Shown here in pieces: positions 12,550-23,344 of a stretch of DNA of 64,000 nucleotides (the stretch's first letter is position 1; each line of letters opens with the position of its first letter). The DNA comes from Centroscyllium fabricii (Eukaryota): assembly GCA_051313645.2 (NCBI GenBank), contig JBNRSN020000003.1, positions 331,266,001 to 331,330,000 of the forward strand, read 5' to 3'. A program made the translations under genes and the position numbers. The notes beneath the pieces are model-generated. The model was not told the origin of the DNA and did not search any database. It saw only the letters and a list, made by a program, of their open reading frames with translations.

Positions 12550-12960
12550 GGGCGGCACGGTGGCATAGTGGTTAGCACTGTTGCCTTACAGCACTAGAGA
12601 CCCGGGTTCAAATCCAGCCTCGGGTACTATCTGTGTGGAGTTTGCACATTCTCCCCGTGTCTGCGTGGGTTTCCTCCGGGTGCTCCGGTTTCCTCCCACA
12701 GTCCAAAGATGTGCGGGTTAGGTTGATTGGCCATGATAAATTGACCCTTAGTGTTAAGGGGATTGAATATGTGGGGTTACGGGGATAGGGTGGGATATGT
12801 GTCGGTGCAGGCTCGATGGGGATCAAGAGATATGGGGACAAGGCAGGGACAGGGTACTGGGTTTGGATGATCAGCCATGATCTCGTTGAATGGCGGAGCA
12901 GGCTCGAAGGGCCGAATGGCCTACTCCTGCTCCTATCTTCTATGTTTCTATGTTTCTATG
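12550..12960 (+). mobile_element. HE1-type V-SINE (tRNA head, V domain, CR1-like tail)
   Basis: A/B-box head (TGGCATAGTGG, GGTTCAAATCC), V-domain core GTTTCCTCCGGGTGCTCCGGTTTCCTCCCAC, tail (TTCTATG)n. Confidence 0.88.
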
Positions 12961-14321
12961 AAATCAATACGGTGCCTGGATTTTCCATTGCAGTGGTTTT
13001 ATCCCCATTTTCCTGGGTTGAGCCTAATTAATGGTGCAAGACAGGCTCCTGGCAGGTTCTGCAGCACACAGAGGAAAGCCACCTGTGCCAGAAAGGAAAA
13101 TGCGACTGTACTGCAGTAGGATACACATTGCAGTACCAGAACGAGGAATCGGTAATAAAGGAGGCAGAAACATGACAAAGAAGTTTTAATTTTTTAAACT
13201 CTGGATGGGTTGTGGGCATCTTTGTTCCAGTTATGTCAGAAGTGAAGGAGAGTTGGACAGCACCAGGCCCTTCCCCTCAATAACACCCTTCAGCAGGCTT
13301 CCCAGCATGTACCGTTACCATTGTGGCTTTACCTAACGTCAGCCAGTGGCAGGGAAATCAGCCGGTCTCTCTAGCCTCCCACTCCGCCATCATTTAAATG
13401 TGGTGGGGCAGTCAACGATCATTCAGTTGAGTTCCCTACTCGGGAGATGAAGACAGGAACAAAAATTCAAATGCTTGACTCCGAAAACTCCAAATGACAT
13501 CTTTTTGGACCATTATTTCTGTTGCATGCATCAACACTGACCCCAAGTGGCGCCAATATTATCAACTTCACATTTGAAGCATTATGTGAAGTACAGTTAA
13601 CTTTCATCATTGTGAACAGCTGTTTGAGGTGCCTCTCTTCAAATCATGCCAGATTACTATGATTCAAAGAATGAAGAATGTAGGTAATCTTCCCAACTCA
13701 CTTAAAAAAAGCACAAAAAGTGATTGATAAGATTTATTCCGAAAGTAATACAGTCAAACTTGTACAGAAAGGCCACTCAAGGGAAATGAAAAAGTGACCT
13801 TTATAGACAGGTGGCCTTTCTATGCAGGTTTACGGTAGCCATTTTGTGTTCGTATGCGGGTGAAGAGGGCGGCTGCCATTTTGTGAGTGTGAGGCGGCGA
13901 TGGGAAGTTTGAATTGCGGCAGCTGAACGAAGAAGGCACGATTGTGGGTTTAAAATTTAAAAAATTTGAGAGGAGGTGTACTATAGGTGAAGCCAGAGGA
14001 TTTTGTCTTCTCGGGCTGTGTGTGTGTGAGGAGATAGAGACGGAGACTCTCCGCAGCCCCGCCGGACACCATCTGAGGTGAGTCTCTCTCTCCGCTTTCC
14101 TACAGCTCTCATCTCAGGGATTAATCTTGAGGTGGTAGGCGGCGGGAAGTTTGAATCGCGGCGGCCAAAGGAAAGGAAGAAGGCGCGATAGTGGATCCCC
14201 GGCATCCTCCTCCTCTCTCTCTCTCTCTCTCACACACCGCGGGCTGAGTGTGATATGAGCCCAGCAAGCCCGCGCTCTCAACCCAAACAAGGAGATACAG
14301 CAGGGCTGCTGTCATGGAAAC

Positions 14322-14580
14322 TGTGGTAAACCACTGTATATGTTGTATATATGTCTCCCCCTTGTGTCCCCTCCCTGTAACTGTAATGTAACGCCTCCTT
14401 GCCAGGGAGGACTCCGCTCCTCGGCTTCCTCCCCAGGCTCCGCCCACTGGGTATAAAAGTGCCAGCGCACCTGAGTGCTCTCACTTCGGCTTGGAAGATC
14501 ATCGGACCTGTGTCCACTTCTATGTTAATAAAAGCCTCGATTACATCTAACCATCGACTGGAGTAATTGATTGTGCATCA
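14322..14580 (+). mobile_element. Solo LTR (same broad type as the Gypsy B LTR)
   Basis: TGTGGTAA...GCATCA termini, TATAAAAG, AATAAAAGCC; 5-bp TSD GAAAC at 14317-14321 and 14581-14585. Confidence 0.88.
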
Positions 14581-15602
14581 GAAACGTGACGTCAGTGGCT
14601 TCTCATTCGTCTGCGGCCTTTTGCTGCACGCTTGTAAATCAGTGTGACAATGGGGGTGGCACCACCGCTCCTGTTTCTCACTGATTGGCTGCTTCCACGG
14701 CCACCTCTACAGATTAACACTGTGTGCGGTCGGAAATTGATTGAGGGATACAAAATGGGTGGCCGCTGGTTGCGTTGAACAGGTAGTCATTCTGTACAGG
14801 GCTTACAATATGGTATTTCTCTCGGGGGGAATCCGATGTGGCTGCTATGAACAGGTGGCCATTCTGTAGAGGTGGCCACTGTTGTATCTATGCTGCAATA
14901 CATTCAATCAAGCATGTAGATACATCGCATTAAATCACAGTTCAGTCAGACAGGTTTAAATTCACTGTTCACTTTATTCCCTAAGATGGCTTCTGCCTCA
15001 TGGCTTCTGCTGGTAGTTCCCACAATGCCATGCACATTACATACCGTAATACCTAGTGTAAACTCACATCTTATATTACCGTATTACCTGGTGTAAACGC
15101 ACAATCAATACACGACATCCCCCTTTTCCTTGGAAGCAAACTTTTAGTTTACAAACAGTTTCTTACAATAACACTGTACAACTTGTTTGGTTTATAAACC
15201 TTTTGCAAACTTGTGTCTTATCACACAACTATATAATTCCATATTTACACTGTACATTTAACATCCCCCATGCAGTTCTCGCAGTTTATGTTGTGACATA
15301 ATCAGACAACCTTTGGGGTTTTCTTTTAATCCTTTGAAGTCTGGCTGTATTGGGTATGTCTGACATGTTGTTGTCCGTGGGTATTGCCTGTGTCACAGTG
15401 GTATGTGTCTCAGAGTCTACTATACTGTCCTCAGTCCCTTGTGTTTCCTCCTGCTCATGGAGTGTCTCCTTTGGTCCATCGGTTCTGTATTTCTTCACAA
15501 ACGTAGTGTTTCTTGAGTAGCGCGCTCCGTCTGAAGATTCTACTACTACTTGACTCCGTTTTCCTCAAAACTGTGAGGTGTGGCATTAGAAGGAGTGGTG
15601 TA

Positions 15603-16285
15603 CTTGTCCCTTTGAAGATTTGAGACAATAGATTTGTAAAGGTTTGATCTGGGGTTGATCTTCATAATTTGTAGGAGATCTCTTGCCATAAATACCTCAT
15701 TTTGTAGCTGTTGTTCCAGTATCTGTTTATGGCTTTGATATTCATCCTCGTCAAGCTTTCTGGAACATTCTGCTTTCTTCAATTCCGCTTGAAGAGCTCA
15801 ATGAGCAGTGGTGGGTTGGTTTAGTATTTCACACAATTTATGATTTTCACAACGAGCTTCATCAAGCTGTTTCCTCAGCCCCTTGATCTCAGCATGAAGT
15901 TGTACATTTTCTTCCACCAATTCATGCCAATGTTCCTGCTATTTCTGAAGTCTCTCAATAGCATTCTTCTCTCGTGTGATCAACATTTCAGACTTCATCT
16001 GATGCATTTTATCTAACTTCCTTCTGACCTCTTTGATATCCTTGTGCGACCGCTCTTGCTCCTGAATCCGGACCTTAGCCAATTCCAGATCCTTAAAATG
16101 CTGTAGCTCTTGCTGCATCTCTGCCTGAAGCTGTTCTTCTATTTGTTTGTGATATACAAGCAGTTTTGTTTCCCAAAAGTCCTCTTGCACATTTGCTGGA
16201 TGAAGTGCTGCATATTCTTCATCAACCACATGAAGTTTATCAACAATAGATTCCTTGCACTGTGGAAGCAGCTGGTCTAAGTTTC
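15603..16285 (-). pseudogene. OFD1: Intronless, rearranged OFD1 cDNA fragment inside Gypsy C
   Basis: Translates to ET*TS..ESIVDKLHVVDEEY..QIEEQLQAEMQQELQHFKDLELAKVRI..REKNAIERLQK*QE, then ..LRKQLDEARCEN..QAELKKAE..LEQQLQNE, then VFMARDLLQIMKINPRSNLYKSI. These match recalled human OFD1 segments [41 protein letters not shown] and [23 protein letters not shown]. Three stops and one frameshift. Confidence 0.88.
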
Positions 16286-17393
16286 TACCACCGCTGAGAC
16301 ATCTGCGCCTATTTTTAAAACTCCCAGTTTCATGGCTGTCTCCCTTCCTAGCAATGGTTCTCCAGGGGCTTTGACCACAATGAACTCTGCCTGCTCAGTT
16401 CTCTTACCTATTGTAATCCCACATGTGAATATACCTTTAACTGACAGTGGTCGGCTCGAAGCATAAGAGCATAACTTTCTCTCTGTCTTAGGGACATGTG
16501 ACTGACCCTTAATGTGTTCTGACTTTAATTTTTCCCAGGTATTCTCATCTATTACATAATTGGTTGCACCTGAATCAATTAAAATTCTCAGGTTTACTCC
16601 TCCACACAAAAGGTAAGTCTGTCTGTCATGTTATTTCCAGTAACAGTAAATGCAAGTCATTTTGTTCCACTACATTGTTCACACTGTGTTTCTTTGCATC
16701 CTTTGTGTGGCACATTTTGGAGAAATGATCCTTTCCCTTGCACTTATGATACATTTGTCTGCGTGCTGGGCATTTCGGATCTCTGCCCATGTGGTCTGTG
16801 TGTCCACATATGTAGCATTTCCTTTCGTTGCAATCGCCATTTCCCTTTGGGTTCTCTGACGAGCTTTTTGCCTGATACCCTCTTTTCCCTGTAACACGAT
16901 GAACAGTATCTGTCTCCGCCATCTCTGTACATGACATGGCTGACATCTGCTCAATGTTTTCACATTGTGAGGCCAGTTGTAACATGTGGGCGAGTGTTAG
17001 ATCTTGCCCTTCCTCTAGCAATTTACTCCACACATCGGCTGACATGCACCTACCCAGGATAGCGTCTCTTATTTGATTATCCGCATCCCCCCCAAAAGCA
17101 CAGTCCCTCGCAGCCTGCCGCAAGCGAGTGGCAAATTGTTGCACAGTCTCACCTGTCTTCTGAGACAACTTGTAAAAAGTCTGTCTAGCAAATGCTGCGT
17201 TGACCTGGGGCACGAAGTGGAGATTTAACCGCCGCCGCATAGTCTGCTGGCTCTCCCGTGTCTGGTAGAGTCGAAAAGATATCCTGGACATCTCGTCCTG
17301 CTAAGTGTAGGAGTAAAGCTCTTCTTCTCTGCTTTTCAGCATCTGTAGAGGTATTGTCGATAATGAGTCCTTTGCCATTGGCATAAAGCTCAA

Positions 17394-20300
17394 TTGGAAA
17401 ACACCAGATTGAAAAAGAAAATGGCAGCGCGCACGATCGCAGTGGCTTTGTCTCTCCCGAGACAATTTCTTCACTTCTTCATCTGCATCCTAATCATCTT
17501 AGGTCTGCTCTCTAGGAAAACGAGAGCAGACCTCCGCTACAGCAGGCAAGCCCTTCTCGATATCGGGGCTGGCTGTGGAGCACTTTCACTGGGAGATCGC
17601 GTTCTCGATCTCCCAGCTGAAATTAACAAGGCAGCAGCGGCAGCGTGGAGCCCAGCGGGGGGCCGTCAGAGGCACAGAAGGGAAAGCAGGCAGAAGAGAG
17701 GTAAGAGAGCAGGGGCCCTCAGCAGGCTGATGAGGGCCCCTCTCAAACCCTCTCTGCCCAGCATCTACCTGGCCAATGTCAGGTCCCTAGGGAGTAAAAT
17801 TGGTGAAATTAAACTTGGCCTCTCCACACAGACCAGGATCAAGGAATGCTGCGCCATAATCTTTACAGAGACCTGGCTGAACGACGGCATTCCTGACTCC
17901 GCCATCCAGCTGGCGGGTCACACGGTCTTCCGCGCCGACAGAACCGCCGACTCCGGTAAGAGCAAGGGAGGCGGCCTGTGCATCTACACGAACAACGCCT
18001 GGGGCACGAACGCGGAACTGATTGAAAGTTCCTGCTCCGCCGATCTGGAATTCCTCACTGTAAAGTGCAGACCCTTCTACCTGCCTCGGGAATTTACAGC
18101 CGTCATCTTCACTGCGGTATACATCCCTCCACACGCAAATGCCAAACTGGCACTCAAAGATCTCCACAGGGTCATCAGCGAGCAGCAGACTGCGCATCCG
18201 GAGGGAGCCTTTATCGTGGCGGGGGACTTCAACCACGCTAACCTCAAATCGGTGCTACCAAAATTTCACAAGAATGTCTCCTGCCCCACGAGGGGCGAGA
18301 ACACGCTGGACCAGGTCTACACCAACATTGCAGAGGCTTACAAAGCCATCCCGTGCCCCCACCTCGGGAATTCCGACCACCTTTCACTGTTCCTCGCCCT
18401 AGCATACAAACCACTCATCAAAAGGGTGAAAGCTCCAGCCAAAACAGTCAGAGTATGGCCAGAAGGGGCAGTCTCAGAGCTACAAGACTGCTTCGAACGC
18501 ACTGAATGGAGCATGTTCACTCACACGGACATTGAGGAATACGCATCCACAGTGCTTTTTTACATCAACAGCTGTGTCGAGGTGGTCACTACCCAAAAAA
18601 CAATCAAGACATTCCCCAACCAGAAACCCTGGATGAACGGGGAGGTCCGCTCGCTGCTGAAGGTACGTGACACAGCTTTCAAATCTGGGGATGTGGCGGC
18701 TTACAGCACAGCCAGGGCCAACCTAAAGAGGGGTATCAGGTCTGCCAAACAAAATCAGACACTGAAGATAGAGGAACACTTTCACAACAACTCGGACCCT
18801 CGACGTATGTGGCAAGGCATACAGTCCATCACGGACTACAAGTGCAGAAACACCAGCCCCCCGACCGGCGATGCCTCCCTACCAGAGGAACTCAACAACT
18901 TCTACGCTCGCTTCGACAGGGACAACAGGGAGCCAGCCACCAAAGTCCTGCAATCCCCGGAAGACCAGCCATTAACACTGTCCTGCTCCAACGTAAGAGG
19001 TGCTCTGCGTAGAGTGAACGCACGGAAGGCCGCGGGTCCTGATGGCATCCCCGGCCGGGCACTCAAAGAATGTGCCGACCAACTGGCTGAAGTCTTCACT
19101 TGCATCTTCAACCTGTCACTGGCGAAGGCAGCTGTCCCTACCTGCTTCAAGACCGCCACCATCATCCCTGTGCCCAAGAAAACGGCCGTGACGTGCCTGA
19201 ACGACTACCGCCCTGTCGCACTTACACCCATTATCATGAAGTGTTTCGAGCGGCTGGTCCTGGCCACATCAAAGCCAGCATCCCTGCCGCCCTGGACCAA
19301 TACCAGTTTGCCTACCGTGGGAACAGATCTACAGAAGATGCTATCACTACGGCTCTTCACTCTGCACTAAACCACCTGGATAGCAAAGATACGTATGTCA
19401 GAATGCTGTTTATTGACTACAGCTCAGCATTCAACACCATCGTCTCCAGCAAATTGTCTAACAAACTCCTCACCCTCGGCCTGAACACCTCCCTCTGCAA
19501 CTGGACCCTGGACTTCCTAACCAACAGACCACAGTCTGTGAAGTTAGGCAACCTCACCTCCCCCCCCTTACCCTGAACACGGGGGCCCCACAAGGTTGTG
19601 TGCTGAGCCCCCTCCTCTACTCCCTCTTCACTCACGACTGTGCGGCTGTCCATGGCTCCAACACGATCATCAAGTTTGCGGATGACAACACGGTAGTTGG
19701 CCAGATCACCAACAACGACGAGTCAGCCTACAGGGATGAGATCCAGCGCCTTGTGGGTTGGTGTGCCAACAACAACCTGGCACTGAACACCAAGAAATCT
19801 AAGGAGATCATAGTGGACTTCCGGAGGACTGGAAGCAGAAGACACACCCCCATCTTCATCCAAGGCGCTGAGGTGGAAAGGGTGTCCAGCTTCAAGTTCC
19901 TCGGGGTCCACATCTCGGAAGATCTCTCCTGGTCACTAAACACCTCCTCTCTGGTTAAGAAGGCCCAACAGCGCCTGTACTTCCTAAGGAAGCTGAAGAA
20001 AGCCAGGCTGTCATCCGGCATCCTCTCCAACTTCTACCTCTGCACAATAGAAAGCATACTGACAAGCTGCATCACAGTCTGGTATGGAAATTGCACTATC
20101 TCGGACCGGAAAACCCTGCAGCGGGTAGTCAAAACTGCCCAACGAATCACCGGTACCCAGCTACCGTCAATGGAAAGCATCTACCTCAAATGCTGCTTAC
20201 GGAGGTCTCTGAACATTATTAAAGACCCCACACACCCCAGCCACAGTCTGTTCGCCCCCCTGCCCTCCGGGAGACGCTACAGATCAATTCGCACCCGCAC

Positions 20301-20515
20301 GACTAGATTTCTGAACAGTTTCTTCCCCAGGGCTGTCAGCCTCCTGAACTCTAAAAATAAACTCCGGTACCTGCACGCCTGATAATGTACTTTACTGTAT
20401 GCAATTTGCATGTAATTTATTTGCACTACTCTCGGGAGAGTCGAGTCTTTGTCTCGTTGTATTGTACTAGTACTCTGCAGTGACAATAAAACTTGAATTG
20501 AATTGAATTGAATTG
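17394..20515 (+). mobile_element. Near full-length Rex1/Babar-clade LINE inserted in the gag of Gypsy C
   Basis: APE endonuclease (LANVRSL, FTETWL, CRPFYLPREF, GDFN, SDH) and RT ([32 protein letters not shown]). Two frameshifts (~19265, ~19565); AATAAA followed by a (TTGAA)n tail. Removing it restores gag WFTSFELYA. Confidence 0.92.
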
Positions 20516-21787
20516 AAGACGTGAACCACCTCGTCCATCTCGGACCCAATGTGGCTGGCTCGGCAAAACATGCAAAATTTTGAATGCCGGTCTCCTCCAT
20601 CCTAACTAACTAAAACTTGGGCACCTACCTATCTAAAATGATTCCGTTTATTTTCCTCGTCGCCAATGTTGTATCTATGCTTCAATATATTCAATCAAGC
20701 ATGTAGATACATCGAATTAAATCAAATCCAGTCAGAGAGGCTTTAACTCAGTGTGTTCACTTTTATTCCCTAAGATGGCTTCTGCCTCATGGCTTCTGCT
20801 GGTGGTTCCCACAATGCCATGCACATTACATACCGTAATACCTAGTGTAGACTCACATCTTATATTACCGTATTACCTGGTGTAAACACGCAATCAATAC
20901 ACGACAGCCGCTAACACAGGTTTGACTGTAATTGGATTTGGAGCATAAGACTGTTGGCCAAAGTACCCATTTCTAATTACTTGGAAGAAACAAAGCTGGA
21001 GTTGGGAACAGAAGTGAAAAGTGACAATGCAAGGATATTCTCACATGGACAATCCATAGAAACTGCAGGGAAACATTGCATTTCACAGTTTAGTGCCTCA
21101 AACTAACGGTTTGTCATTCAACTAAGCATCACCAAGGAAATAAATTTGCATTAAATTGTCTAAATTGTCAGACTGCTTGTCTGACAGCCAGTACTGGATG
21201 AGCAGAAATTTCCTCCAACTAAATATTGGGAAGACCGAAGCTGTTGGCTGGAATTTTGTGTGGTCGTTGCAGGTGCGATTGGAGGCAGGTCGGGTGGGAA
21301 ATTTGAAAAAGGTTGGAGCAGGTCGGAAGCCCGCCATCTTCTCGCCCTCACGCGATTTCCCTTGGGCAAGTTCGCCAGTGCGGCAGCGACCCGACCGGCA
21401 AAGGCGGGCAAGCTAATTCAAATCATGAACAGGTAGTTGTCAGACCCTTAGGAGCCTTTTTCAGCCGACCTTTGAATTTCCCTGGCTGCCCATGGGATTT
21501 ATGCAGCTTGGGAATCACATCTGTCAACCTTAAGTGGGAGTTGAGTGGTCTTTGATCCAGCTGATTAGTTGCCAGCATGAAATGTATTATAAAACCTCCC
21601 ACCTCACAGCTGATCACTTTCCTCGGGCAGATGCTGCTGGCTGCATTCCCAGCACTTTTAGTTTTCTACAGGCCACAAATGCTTCCAGCAAAGTCGCCAT
21701 CTAGTCTCACCTCATTGTTACAACCTATCACTCCACTGACAGCTTGCTCCTCTGATCTCTACTTAACCTGCCATCTATTCCATAAGC

Positions 21788-22912
21788 ATGGGTGCTGTTT
21801 ATACCATGTCGCCTTGGTCCTCAGAATCAGACCATGATCAGCTCGAACAACAGCAGCACCAGGCACACTGGCAGCACCAACACCACCAACCTTCTCCCCA
21901 ACCATCTGATGCTGCACAGGACAGAGGGCATCAGCACAGGGCTGCATCGCACCAGGGGCAATACCGCCAACACAGGGTTTACAGGCAGAGGATGAGCTTC
22001 CTCGACATGACTGAGCAGCAATGCCAAAGGAGGCTCAGACTATTGTGCCAGTTCATCGCAGACATTTGCACATTGCTGGAGCAAGACCTGCAGCCCAGAG
22101 GAGCTGGTGGACATGCCTTACCAGTGGCTATCAAAGTCGCCAGCGCCCTCAACTTCTTCGCCTCAGGCTCCTTCCAGGGATCTGCAGCAGACATTTGTGA
22201 CATCTCACAGTCGGCCGGCCACAGATGCATCACCCATGTCACCGATGGCCTCTTTGACAAGTCAACCAATTATATCAACTTTGCCACTGATGAAGCCAGT
22301 GTTACTGAGCGGGTGCTCAGCTTTGCCACTCTGGCTGACTTCCCACGGGTGCAGGGCGTCATCGACTGCACACATGTGGCCATCAGGGCACCCCATAATA
22401 ACCCAGGAGTCTTTGTCAAGCACAAGGGCTTCTACACCCTCAACGTGCAGCTGGTCTCCAACCATAGGTAGATCATCATGCATATGTGTGCCAAATTCCC
22501 AGGCAGCTGTCATGACTCTTTCGGCCTTTGCCAGTCCACCCTCCCTCAGCTCTTTGCTCCTCCAAACAGACTTTCCGGCTGGCTGCTTGGAGGCAAAGTC
22601 TATCTACTGAAGATGTGGCCAAGTACTCAGACCCAGGAGAGATACAGTAAAAGTCACATTTCCACCAGATGTGTCATAGAGCAGACAACAGGCATGCTCA
22701 AAATGCGCTTCAGATGCCTTGAGAGATCTGGAAGAGCCCTTCAGTATGCACCAGCCAGAGTCTCAAGACTCATCGTGATCTACTGCACCCTGCACAACAT
22801 AACGCAGCAGCGAGGATTAGCGCTGCATGAGGAGCAAGGCACTGAGTGCACAGCCTCTTCAGAGGAGAAGGAGCAGGAGGAGGAGGAGGAGCATCAACTA
22901 GAGGACGAGTAG
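21788..22912 (+). pseudogene. Harbinger DDE transposase (HARBI1-like family), interrupted
   Basis: [49 protein letters not shown]. In-frame stop at 22469-22471 and a degenerate GDKGY motif. Confidence 0.88.
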
Positions 22913-23344
22913 GAGCAGAAGCTGGAGGAACCTGCAGTCCAAATCCCACCAGCAGTCGAGCACATTGCTGCCCGGGAGGCCTCATCATGTCCAGAATAAC
23001 TTAACTTTATGGAATACACCCATATGGCTGTCACATGCTGCGCCAAATTGGCACCAGACCACAGCAACACCATAAAGGATTCCGACAATAACCAAGCCAT
23101 TCCTTTCACACTGACCACCAGTGCTGGAGGTACCGATATGTCTCACCATTCACTCCAACTCATTAAGCCCCTTCCAAAGGTGCACATAACTGTATCCAAG
23201 ATGGGAATGTAGTGAAAATAAAGATTTTATTGGTTGACAATACATTAACGGAAACTTGCCATTAATATTGACTAAAACACCCAAGTGGCTACCCTTGTGA
23301 ATCAACTTGTGTGTCATCTTTCTCTTCCATGTGCTTCTACGAGG

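Larger units (their letters stand above)
14880..20906 (-). mobile_element. Non-autonomous Gypsy LTR retrotransposon C carrying captured OFD1 cDNA; gag interrupted by a LINE
   Basis: LTRs at 14880-15117 and 20667-20906; TSD GCCAC/GCCGC. PBS TGGCGACGAGGA is complementary to the tRNA-Ser(GCU) 3' end. PPT at 15118-15131. gag has zinc knuckles (16626-17393 plus 20516-20600); protease LIDSGAT (16277-16609). Only the integrase C-terminal tail remains (~15286-15602). Confidence 0.93.
13751..20928. mobile_element. Tigger/pogo-type non-autonomous DNA element split by a solo LTR and by Gypsy C
   Basis: TA|CAGTCAAACTTG at 13749-13762 and CAGGTTTGACTG|TA at 20917-20930; repeated AGGTGGCC subterminal motifs near both ends. 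Confidence 0.72.

Noticed and set aside
9750-13500. Short ORFs in the AT-rich intergenic stretch as host exons
   Set aside because: There are no recognisable motifs or consistent splice-phase chain; it looks like decayed repeats.
15603-16285. A functional OFD1 gene
   Set aside because: It is intronless, partial and out of order, has stops and a frameshift, and is enclosed by LTRs.
21788-22912. Domesticated host HARBI1 gene
   Set aside because: It has an in-frame stop and a degenerate catalytic motif, and lies between TIRs with a Myb partner, so it is a transposon copy.
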